Virus record (IMG/VR): IMGVR_UViG_3300037785_000094
Location: 1 to 27,343 of that record
Reading direction: 5' to 3' (one strand)
From: a virus
Taxonomy: Duplodnaviria; Caudoviricetes
DNA: 27,343 nucleotides
Positions 1 through 7,104 of this stretch are shown piece by piece; position 1 is the stretch's first letter, and the number at the start of each line of letters is the position of its first letter. The translations under genes and the position numbers were made by a program. The notes below the pieces were generated by a model. The model was not told where the DNA came from, did no database searches, and saw nothing but the letters and a program-made list of their open reading frames with translations.

Positions 1-393
1 GCGCCTGCGGAGCTTGGCCTGACATTTCCGATGCTGTGGGAGTGTAAATCCCTCAATGCCAAGTCATGGAACGATACGGTTAAGCGCGGTGTTGCCAAAT
101 CAAAGCCGGTGTATGCGGCGCAGATTGCCATCTACCAAGCCTATATGGAAGGCTCGGTTCCGGGTATTTGCCAGAACCCTGCGCTCTTTACCGCCATCAA
201 TAAGGATACAGCAGAGCTTTATTTTGAGCTGGTAGCATTTGATGCCGCGCTCGCACAAACCGCCAGCGACCGCGCCGTCAATATTTTACGCGCTGCTGAG
301 GCCGGAGAGTTATTGCCTCGCCATACGGCTGACCCTGAACATTTCGAGTGCCGTTTCTGCGCCTACCGCAACCGTTGCTGGGAGGGCGTATGA
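1..393 (+). CDS. PD-(D/E)XK nuclease, Cas4/RecB-like (5'-partial)
   Basis: Frame is open from base 1; ExK motif (WECKS), QxxxY motif (QIAIY) and C-terminal CxxCxxxxxC (CRFCAYRNRC). Confidence 0.75.
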   Translation, partial: APAELGLTFPMLWECKSLNAKSWNDTVKRGVAKSKPVYAAQIAIYQAYMEGSVPGICQNPALFTAINKDTAELYFELVAFDAALAQTASDRAVNILRAAEAGELLPRHTADPEHFECRFCAYRNRCWEGV

Positions 394-2570
394 CAAGCTG
401 GACTGATTTTAACGATGCACCTGCACAAGGCTGGGAGTCTAAGCCGGAAACCATCCCCACTGATGAAGTGCGTCAAGCCTTACTGGATCGCCTCAATCAG
501 GTGCTTGCTTACCTGCTGCCTGCGGGCCGTATTAAGCGCGGCGTGTTTGAAGTGGGCGATATTCATGGTGCCAAGGGTGACAGCCTCAAGGTCGAGCTGA
601 ATAGCGGAAAGGCTGGCATGTGGCATGATTTTGCTACCGGTGAAGGTGGCGATATCTTCGAACTCTGGGCAGCATGCAATGGTCTGAACACTAAATCGCA
701 TTTTCCCGAGGTGGTCAGCTCTGCGCAGGAGTGGCTCGGCATGGCAAAAACTGCGCCGCAAACTGTGCGAACTGCCGCCAAACTGCCAGCAGCACCTGAG
801 GATGAGCTAGGCCCACACACGGCAAAGTGGGATTATCTGGATGCCAATGGCAGGCTTCTCGCATGCGTGTATCGTTATGACCCACCGGGCGGCAAGGAGT
901 TTCGTCCATGGGATGTGATCGCCCGTAAATATAAAGCACCGGAGCCGCGACCGCTTTATAACCAGCCCGGATTAAAATCTGCCAGCCATGTGGTGCTGGT
1001 CGAGGGTGAAAAAGCCGCCGACGCGCTGATCGCGAAGGGCTTTGCCGCCACCACGGCGATGTTCGGCTCGAAGGCACCGCTCGAGAAAACCGACTGGTCG
1101 CCGCTCAAATCCAAGCATGTGTTGATCTGGCCGGATCACGATCAGGCTGGCCGTGATTACGCGGAGAATCTGCGCATCTTCTTGCCGCTGGCAGGCATTG
1201 CCTCACTGACCACGCTCACCATACCAGAGGATAAACCAGAAGGCTGGGATGCCGCTGATGCGGTTGCTGACGACATGGATGTGCGTGCTTTTATCAAGGA
1301 ACAGCAGAGCCATACCGATCTGATTCAGCCGACTATCAGCGCCTACACTGTTGGCCACTTGCTTGATGATACCAGCCCGATGCCGGAGGATTTGATTGCA
1401 CCGCGTGTGCTGACTCCCGGTGGTTTGCTGGTATTCGGCGGCGCTCCCAAGGTCGGCAAGAGTGATTTTCTCTTGGCGCTACTGGCGCATATGGCAGCGG
1501 GTGTTTCCTTCCTCGGCATGACACCGCCACGCCCGATGCGGATATTCTATCTGCAGGCAGAGATCGGCTACCATTATCTGCGCGAGCGTTTGCAGGCGCT
1601 GCGGTTTGACGAAAATCTGCTGCCACTGGTGCGCGAAAATCTGGTCATCACGCCCCAATGCAAAATGCTGCTCAATGATGACGGGGTGACGGCTACGGCC
1701 AATACCATCCGTCAGCATTTTAGCGAGACCGTGGACATCATTGTCGTGGACCCGCTGCGCAACGTGTTTGACGGCGGCGAAAGCGATGCGGGTGAGAATG
1801 ACAATGCCGCCATGCTGTTCTTCCTGCAGCAGCGGCTGGATGCCTTGCGTGATCGTATCAACCCAGATGCAGGCGTCATCCTCGCCCACCACACCCGCAA
1901 GATTGAAAAGAAGAAGCTGGAGGAAGACCCGTTTCAGGCGCTTTCCGGTGCCAGCAGTCTGCGTGGTTATTATACCACCGGACTGATCATGTTTCAGCCG
2001 GACGAACAGCAAAGCGTGCGTCAGATTATTTTTGAGCTGCGCAATGGCCCAAAACTGCCTGCTAAACTGGTCGATAAGATTGACTATGTGTGGCGCGAAC
2101 TGGAGCACCATTCCGAGCGTCTGGTCAATCAGGACTATGGTCAGAAGCTCGATGCCGAGCGGCGCAGAAAGCACGATGTGATCCTGCAGATCATCTACGA
2201 GCAGGCCCGCAAAGGCAATGTTTACACCATGAACCAGTTTTGTCAGGCGCTGGAAAATCACGCCGGACTGGGCGGTGAAACCTCCATCCGCAAACGCCTC
2301 GAAGTGCTCTCCACCAAGGGCTACATCAAGTTTTTCCGTGATGCGGAGGAATACGGACTGCCCAGAGCCTCCCGCACCAAATACGGTTATATGTGCGTGG
2401 AGGACATGCAGCTTGCCACCGGCGAGGAAGTGGTTGACCCGGAAACCGGCGAGATCAGCGCCAAGCTGCGCCATGTCTTTCCCAGCCATTATAAATGCAA
2501 GCTCTCTGCCGCGCCGCTGCCGGTCGAGAATCCTCGCGTGTGGATTTACGACGAGGAGGAACAGGCATGA
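390..2570 (+). CDS. Primase-helicase (TOPRIM + AAA_25/RepA-like helicase)
   Basis: ATG390 overlaps the upstream TGA, with GGAGG SD; TOPRIM motifs VEGEKAAD, WPDHDQAG, WDAAD; Walker A GAPKVGKS; Walker B IIVVDP; AHHTRK and GAS motifs. Confidence 0.9.
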   Translation: MTSWTDFNDAPAQGWESKPETIPTDEVRQALLDRLNQVLAYLLPAGRIKRGVFEVGDIHGAKGDSLKVELNSGKAGMWHDFATGEGGDIFELWAACNGLNTKSHFPEVVSSAQEWLGMAKTAPQTVRTAAKLPAAPEDELGPHTAKWDYLDANGRLLACVYRYDPPGGKEFRPWDVIARKYKAPEPRPLYNQPGLKSASHVVLVEGEKAADALIAKGFAATTAMFGSKAPLEKTDWSPLKSKHVLIWPDHDQAGRDYAENLRIFLPLAGIASLTTLTIPEDKPEGWDAADAVADDMDVRAFIKEQQSHTDLIQPTISAYTVGHLLDDTSPMPEDLIAPRVLTPGGLLVFGGAPKVGKSDFLLALLAHMAAGVSFLGMTPPRPMRIFYLQAEIGYHYLRERLQALRFDENLLPLVRENLVITPQCKMLLNDDGVTATANTIRQHFSETVDIIVVDPLRNVFDGGESDAGENDNAAMLFFLQQRLDALRDRINPDAGVILAHHTRKIEKKKLEEDPFQALSGASSLRGYYTTGLIMFQPDEQQSVRQIIFELRNGPKLPAKLVDKIDYVWRELEHHSERLVNQDYGQKLDAERRRKHDVILQIIYEQARKGNVYTMNQFCQALENHAGLGGETSIRKRLEVLSTKGYIKFFRDAEEYGLPRASRTKYGYMCVEDMQLATGEEVVDPETGEISAKLRHVFPSHYKCKLSAAPLPVENPRVWIYDEEEQA
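746..790 (+). repeat. Cluster of four AACTG motifs inside the primase linker (putative iterons)
   Basis: AACTG at 749, 761, 770 and 781; AAAACTGCGCC (747-757) and GCGAACTGCC (767-776) recur exactly at 2617-2627 and 2742-2751. Confidence 0.5.
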
Positions 2571-2923
2571 CCGAATTCCTCTTTTTCTTCACTCATTATG
2601 CCCCATTTGCACGCGCAAAACTGCGCCAGTTCGTCACAAATCTGCGAACTGCGCAAAACTGGAAACGGGTCAAAAAACCAGCATTTGTAACGCTTTGCGC
2701 GATTTTTCCAGTCCGCACAAAAAATCTGAAAAACAAACTGCGCGAACTGCCCGAAACCCCAATGTTTTCAATGCTTTCAGAGCGTAATCCAGTTTCGGGT
2801 GAAACTCCCTCTCCCTACGGGAGAGAGTGTCCCTGTCGGGGACACATCTCCCCGGTCGAGGGTGATCCGCGCAGTCCGTCACAACCATCAACCAACCCGG
2901 AGGTCACACATGAACAATCCTAA
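2567..2923 (+). CDS. Hypothetical ORF (118 aa) spanning the putative origin
   Basis: GAGGAGG SD and ATGA overlap with the primase stop; its end overlaps the start of the next gene; no recognisable motifs. Confidence 0.35.
   Translation: MTEFLFFFTHYAPFARAKLRQFVTNLRTAQNWKRVKKPAFVTLCAIFPVRTKNLKNKLRELPETPMFSMLSERNPVSGETPSPYGRECPCRGHISPVEGDPRSPSQPSTNPEVTHEQS
2610..2853. other. Putative replication origin: iteron-like repeats, AT-rich tracts and hairpins
   Basis: GCGCAAAACTG x2 (2613, 2651), GCGAACTGC x2 (2644, 2742), inverted CCAGT copies, hairpins at 2809-2825 and 2827-2845; lies directly after the primase-helicase. Confidence 0.55.
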
Positions 2924-3395
2924 TCCCATCATCCTGAGCCTCGATCTTGGAACCAAGACCGGCTGGGCGCTCTCGAATAAACATGGACGCATCCTGAGCG
3001 GAACGGCCTATTTTCGGCCACGCCGGTTTGAGGGTGGCGGTATGCGTTACCTGCGGTTTGAACGCTGGCTCAATGAAACCCGCAATATCGCCGGAGAGAT
3101 CGAAGCGGTCTATTTCGAGGAAGTGCGACGTCACCTCGGTGTCGATGCCGCCCACGCGTATGGCGGTTTCCTCGCTTCACTCACCGCATGGTGTGAGGAA
3201 TACCGCTTGCCATATGAGGGCGTTCCGGTTGGCACCATCAAGAAATTCATCACCGGCAAAGGCAATGCGGGCAAGCAGGCTGTCATCCATGCGGTCAAGG
3301 CGCTTGGCCATAATCCGGAAGATGACAACGAGGCCGATGCTATCGCGCTGCTTCACTACGCCATCCAGCAACACACTATCGGGAGGTCAGCATGA
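2910..3395 (+). CDS. RuvC-like Holliday junction resolvase (phage type)
   Basis: ILSLDLGTKTGWA, VYFEEV, IKKFITGKGNAGK and DDNEADA motifs; GGAGG SD before ATG2910. Confidence 0.88.
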   Translation: MNNPNPIILSLDLGTKTGWALSNKHGRILSGTAYFRPRRFEGGGMRYLRFERWLNETRNIAGEIEAVYFEEVRRHLGVDAAHAYGGFLASLTAWCEEYRLPYEGVPVGTIKKFITGKGNAGKQAVIHAVKALGHNPEDDNEADAIALLHYAIQQHTIGRSA

Positions 3396-3676
3396 GCAAC
3401 GCCGTTCGATTACTACAACACGCACTCACCATCGTGGAGGAACGTGGGCAGAGCTATGGCGATGCCGCCACGTTATTCAACCAGATTGCCAAACGCTGGT
3501 CACTCACCTTGGGTGTGCAGGTCAGCGCCGAACAGGTGGTGCTGTGCATGCTGGATTTAAAACTGGCTCGCCTGAGCAATGACCCCACCCACACTGACAG
3601 CATGGTGGATGTCGCTGGTTATGCGGCGGTGCTTGCGGATGTCACCAAACAATCCGGAGGTGCGCATGGCAGATAA
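3392..3676 (+). CDS. DUF6378-like phage protein
   Basis: RGQSYG...IAKRWS...KLAR...DSMVDVAGYAA pattern; ATGA overlap and SD. Confidence 0.75.
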   Translation: MSNAVRLLQHALTIVEERGQSYGDAATLFNQIAKRWSLTLGVQVSAEQVVLCMLDLKLARLSNDPTHTDSMVDVAGYAAVLADVTKQSGGAHGR

Positions 3677-4040
3677 ATGGACAGCAAAGGATGTGGCAGA
3701 GCATTTTGAGGAAGCGATTTATACGCTCAAGAAATTACCACCAGTGCGCGTGCAGGGTTATTTCAACCTCTGGCCGGACATGAAACACAGCCCCAATGAA
3801 ATCATGCAGATGGAACCGATGCCGATGCGCCTTCGCGCCACACCGGATGCCATCACCCGGCTGGAGCAGACCTTTGACTGGATGCAATGGATTGAGGTGG
3901 AAGAACGCAAATTGATCTGGAAACGCGCCGCCAAAGTGCGCTGGAAAACCATTTGCTGGGAGCTGGGATGTGACCGCTCCACCGCATGGCGTAAATGGGT
4001 GATTGCCTGCGAGAAAATAGCAGCAAGATTAAATGGTTGA
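3666..4040 (+). CDS. DUF6362-like protein with C-terminal HTH; putative late-gene regulator
   Basis: GGAGG SD; WKTICWELGCDRSTAWRKW helix-turn-helix; last early gene before the late region. Confidence 0.75.
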   Translation: MADKWTAKDVAEHFEEAIYTLKKLPPVRVQGYFNLWPDMKHSPNEIMQMEPMPMRLRATPDAITRLEQTFDWMQWIEVEERKLIWKRAAKVRWKTICWELGCDRSTAWRKWVIACEKIAARLNG

Positions 4041-4052
4041 GGGATAGAGTAA

Positions 4053-4070
4053 AAAGTGTTGCAACACTTT
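4053..4070. promoter_or_regulatory. Perfect 18-bp palindrome AAAGTGTTGCAACACTTT (putative regulator binding site)
   Basis: Exact inverted repeat; its TTGCAACACTTT portion recurs (11/12) at 4083-4094. Confidence 0.7.
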
Positions 4071-4075
4071 AGTTC

Positions 4076-4116
4076 TCGACACTTGCAACATTTTTCAGCA
4101 TAATCAACACCATAAT
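4076..4116 (+). promoter_or_regulatory. Putative sigma70 late promoter with a downstream -10-like element
   Basis: TCGACA (4076-4081), 17-bp spacer, CATAAT (4099-4104); second CATAAT at 4111-4116. Confidence 0.6.
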
Positions 4117-4169
4117 CGCGAGAGGTGCGCATGCAGGAAGCCCTCTATATCGCGGTCGAGAGTTTCCCC

Positions 4170-4754
4170 ATGGCATTCGATATTACCGTACAGCAGGACC
4201 TCAAGAAATTGAGGCGCGGATTAAACGCGCTTGAAACCAAGGTTGCGCCTCAAGCGACCATCCGCACACTGAACCGTGTAGCTGAAAGCGCCAAAGTGGC
4301 ATCGGCCCGTCACATTGCCCCGCAGATGAACAGCAGGCAGGCCGCTGTGAAGCGCCGCATTGAAACACACAAGGCCACGTTCAAACAGCTTTGGGCCACA
4401 TTGGTGGCGCGTGATCGTGCGCTACAGCTGATCGAGTTTGTGGTGGGTAGCAAGAAGCCCACTCAGCAACCCGGTGGCAAGCGTGGGCTGGTACGTGCCA
4501 AGGTCTATGGCAAGACACGCACGCTAACCGATGCCTTCATCGCACCGCGCAGACGTGGCTCCAGCAAGACCACGGTGTATGTGCGCAAGAGTGGCAAACG
4601 TCTGCCGCTCAAGATGCTATTTGGTCCCGGCATCATGCAGCTGTTCAGACAGCGTGAGAACGATGCCATCATGCAAGCGAAGGTTCAGGAACGCTTTGAG
4701 CCTGAGTTTCATCGCAATCTGGCCTTCTATCTGAATCGATACAAACAGCCCTGA
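4170..4754 (+). CDS. Lambda gpZ-like minor tail / tail-completion protein
   Basis: Basic protein with RTLNRVA near the N-terminus and RLPLKMLFGP near the C-terminus; alternative start at ATG4131 (AGAGG SD). Confidence 0.7.
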   Translation: MAFDITVQQDLKKLRRGLNALETKVAPQATIRTLNRVAESAKVASARHIAPQMNSRQAAVKRRIETHKATFKQLWATLVARDRALQLIEFVVGSKKPTQQPGGKRGLVRAKVYGKTRTLTDAFIAPRRRGSSKTTVYVRKSGKRLPLKMLFGPGIMQLFRQRENDAIMQAKVQERFEPEFHRNLAFYLNRYKQP

Positions 4755-4783
4755 ACACCGCCGAATCCCTCGGATTGAGCCAC

Positions 4784-4929
4784 GGGTCCTCCCGGGGCGT
4801 CCCCTCACGGGTGCGCCGAGGGCGCGGCTTTTGCCTAGGGCCAAAATGAAAAAATGCGTTTCGTTTCGCTACGGCGAATATGAAAGCGCCATAAAACAAA
4901 GACTTACAAACCCCAATAGCGAAATGAGA
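4784..4929 (+). other. Lambda-like cos site (cosQ, cosN and cosB-like elements)
   Basis: GGGTCCT (4784-4790) equals lambda cosQ; TCACG-GC-rich 13 nt-CGCGGCTTTTGCCTA resembles lambda cosN context; inverted repeat 4859-4871 / 4917-4929 (11/13) flanks IHF-like AAACAAAGACTTA (4894-4906). Confidence 0.65.
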
Positions 4930-4931
4930 TT

Positions 4932-6176
4932 ATGAAAGTAGAACTGATCGACATCGGTCGGGTGATTCCCTATGCACGAAATCCACGCCGTAATGAAGCG
5001 GCCATCGCCAAGGTAGCCGCCTCCATCAAGGAGTATGGCTTCCGACAGCCGATTGTGGTGGATGAGGAAATGGTGATTATCGCCGGTCATACACGCCTGC
5101 AGGCAGCACAACAGCTTGGCCTGACGAAAGTGCCGGTGCATACCGCAACCGGCTTAACCGCTACGCAGGTGAAAGCATACCGCCTTGCGGATAATCGCAC
5201 CGCGCAGGAAGCGGAATGGGATGATGAACTGCTCGGATTGGAACTGGGCGAACTGGCGGAGCAAGGTTTTGATCTTGATCTCACCGGCTTTGATGGCGAT
5301 GAACTGGAAAAGCTGCTGGCTGAGATTGACGAAGGCGGTTTAACCGATGATGACGATGTGCCGGAAGCACCAGAGACGCCGGTCAGTAAACCGGGTGATG
5401 TCTGGGTGCTTGGCAACCATCGCCTGATCTGCGGTGACAGTACCGATGCGGCTGTGCTTGATACGCTGCTCGATGGTCAGCTGGTGGATATGGTCTTTAC
5501 CGATCCACCCTACAATGTGAATTACGGCGATACGGCCAAGGATAAAATCCGCGCCAAAGGTGGTGCGAAAGCCGGTCGCAAGATTATGAATGATAATCTC
5601 GGCAATGAATTTGAAGCCTTCCTCACGGATGCCTGCGCCAATATGTTGCGCGTGACCAAGGGTGCGCTTTACATCTGCATGAGCTCCAGCGAATTAGACA
5701 CGCTGCAAAGCGCGTTCCGCTCCTCAGGGGGCAAATGGTCAACCTTCATCATCTGGGCGAAGAATACCTTCACCCTTGGCCGCTCCGATTATCAGCGCCA
5801 GTATGAACCCATCCTCTATGGCTGGAAGGAAGGCAACGACCATTACTGGTGCGGTGCGCGTGACCAAGGCGATGTCTGGTTTTTCAATAAGCCACAGAAG
5901 AACGACCTGCACCCTACCATGAAGCCGGTGGAGCTGGTCTGTCAGGCGGTGAAAAACTCCAGTAAGAGCAAGGATATTGTGCTCGATAGTTTCGGCGGCT
6001 CAGGCTCAACCCTGATTGCCTGCGAAAAGCTCGGACGCTATGCGCGGCTGATTGAACTGGACCCGGCCTATTGTGATGTGATTGTCAAACGCTGGGAAGA
6101 GTTCACCGGCAAAAGCGCAATGCTTGCCGGTGAAGAAAAAGATTTTGCAGTTGTCGCTGCTGAGCGTAATACCTAG
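4932..6176 (+). CDS. ParB-like N-terminal domain + N6/N4 DNA methyltransferase
   Basis: YARNPR, SIKEYGFRQPI and IAGHTRL (ParB/Srx); DPPY catalytic motif, HPTMKPVEL, and DSFGGSGST SAM-binding motif in beta-class order. Confidence 0.93.
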   Translation: MKVELIDIGRVIPYARNPRRNEAAIAKVAASIKEYGFRQPIVVDEEMVIIAGHTRLQAAQQLGLTKVPVHTATGLTATQVKAYRLADNRTAQEAEWDDELLGLELGELAEQGFDLDLTGFDGDELEKLLAEIDEGGLTDDDDVPEAPETPVSKPGDVWVLGNHRLICGDSTDAAVLDTLLDGQLVDMVFTDPPYNVNYGDTAKDKIRAKGGAKAGRKIMNDNLGNEFEAFLTDACANMLRVTKGALYICMSSSELDTLQSAFRSSGGKWSTFIIWAKNTFTLGRSDYQRQYEPILYGWKEGNDHYWCGARDQGDVWFFNKPQKNDLHPTMKPVELVCQAVKNSSKSKDIVLDSFGGSGSTLIACEKLGRYARLIELDPAYCDVIVKRWEEFTGKSAMLAGEEKDFAVVAAERNT

Positions 6177-6553
6177 TTGCAGCTGGTGTTGCCGTAATTA
6201 TCGGTATAGCAATTTACGCTTCTTCCTCCGATGGTTCCGGTAGTGTTACCGTAATCATCAGTGTAAAGATTAACACTGTCGTTCCCTATGGTGCCGGTCG
6301 TGTTTCCATAAGAATCACTATAGGTATTAATGCTATTGTTGCCGATACTGCCAGTCGTATTGCCGTAATCGTCAGAATACGTGTTATAGGAGTTATTACC
6401 AACCGTACCCGTTGTGTTACCATAATTATCGCTATAGGTATTAATGCCGCCACCAGAGCAGTTGCCATAATTGTCGCAGTACATGCTTTGAGCAAATGCG
6501 CTTGATGAAGTCATGGCGAAAATTGCAGAGCAAATAAAAATCTTTTTAAACAT
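6173..6553 (-). CDS. Secreted tandem-repeat protein (126 aa), moron-like
   Basis: GAGGA SD; signal peptide MFKKIF...SAFA; 19-aa repeats; AT-richer than its flanks. Confidence 0.85.
   Translation of the reverse strand: MFKKIFICSAIFAMTSSSAFAQSMYCDNYGNCSGGGINTYSDNYGNTTGTVGNNSYNTYSDDYGNTTGSIGNNSINTYSDSYGNTTGTIGNDSVNLYTDDYGNTTGTIGGRSVNCYTDNYGNTSCN
6218..6445 (-). repeat. Four 57-bp (19-aa) coding tandem repeats, consensus [IVY]NtY[ST]DxYGNTTG[TS][IV]GxxS
   Basis: Read from the translation; partial Cys-containing copies cap both ends. Confidence 0.9.
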
Positions 6554-6576
6554 AAGTTCCTCAATTGTTATTGAAA

Positions 6577-6604
6577 AGCATATACAAACAAACCGAAAAT
6601 GCAA
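6577..6604 (-). promoter_or_regulatory. Putative sigma70 promoter of the repeat-protein gene
   Basis: Minus strand TTGCAT, 16-bp spacer, TATGCT in the short intergenic gap. Confidence 0.45.
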
Positions 6605-6609
6605 AAAGT

Positions 6610-6876
6610 CTATAGAATAATACGATAGCTGCGGGTGCCATCCTCAGCGAAGCTGGGCTGGATATCCAATCCCTGCTTTTTACGCAGGTTGGAGAGATGG
6701 CCACGTACCGAATGTGGCTTCCACTCGGTGGCTTTGATGAGTTCATCCAAGGTTGCTCCTTGCTCACGCTTTAGCAGGCTGATGATAATCGCCTGCTTGG
6801 TTTCGCGCTTGGGTGCCTCAACCGGTGCGGTTGCTTTAGGCTGAGGCTTAGCTTTGGTTTTGGTTTGCTTGGTCAT
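6610..6876 (-). CDS. DUF3489-like winged-HTH protein
   Basis: TKQA..ISLLKR..GATLDEL..ATEWKPHSVRGHLS pattern; GGAGG SD. Confidence 0.85.
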   Translation of the reverse strand: MTKQTKTKAKPQPKATAPVEAPKRETKQAIIISLLKREQGATLDELIKATEWKPHSVRGHLSNLRKKQGLDIQPSFAEDGTRSYRIIL

Positions 6877-6891
6877 GATGTCCTCCGTTGG

Positions 6892-7104
6892 TTAATTGGC
6901 GTATTCGCCTTCGTTAAAAGTTTGGTCGTGGGCTTCTTTGATAAGCTCTTCCAGCCTTGCGAGCGAGCCAACATGGCCCCAGTGGATGGTTTCGCCAGCG
7001 CTGTTAAAATCGTGGTCAGCCTCTTTTTGCAGGCGGGTAAGCATCGTTTTCAAATTGCTTAAGCGTTCAGCGTAAGCGGCCTGTGCATCTTGCTTCTTAT
7101 TCAT
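6892..7104 (-). CDS. Small phage hypothetical protein
   Basis: AAGGAG SD; IHWGHVGSL motif of the kind often found beside DUF3489 genes in prophages. Confidence 0.75.
   Translation of the reverse strand: MNKKQDAQAAYAERLSNLKTMLTRLQKEADHDFNSAGETIHWGHVGSLARLEELIKEAHDQTFNEGEYAN

Noticed and set aside
2051-2103. Additional AACTG motifs in the helicase region
   Set aside because: Explained by common Lys/Glu-Leu codon pairs in frame
1479-2489. 336-aa minus-strand ORF
   Set aside because: Antisense shadow of the primase-helicase; no motifs
4815-4832. GCCG..CGGC-TTTT as the late terminator
   Set aside because: Only a 4-bp stem, and better explained as part of the cosN-like sequence
4932-6176. Phage MTase as the cognate partner of the AccI-like REase
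   Set aside because: Typical ParB-fused phage orphan type, 20 kb away and of different base composition
6218-6445. 57-bp repeats as a CRISPR array or DGR repeat
   Set aside because: In-frame coding repeats varying at synonymous positions; no unique spacers and no reverse transcriptase in the window
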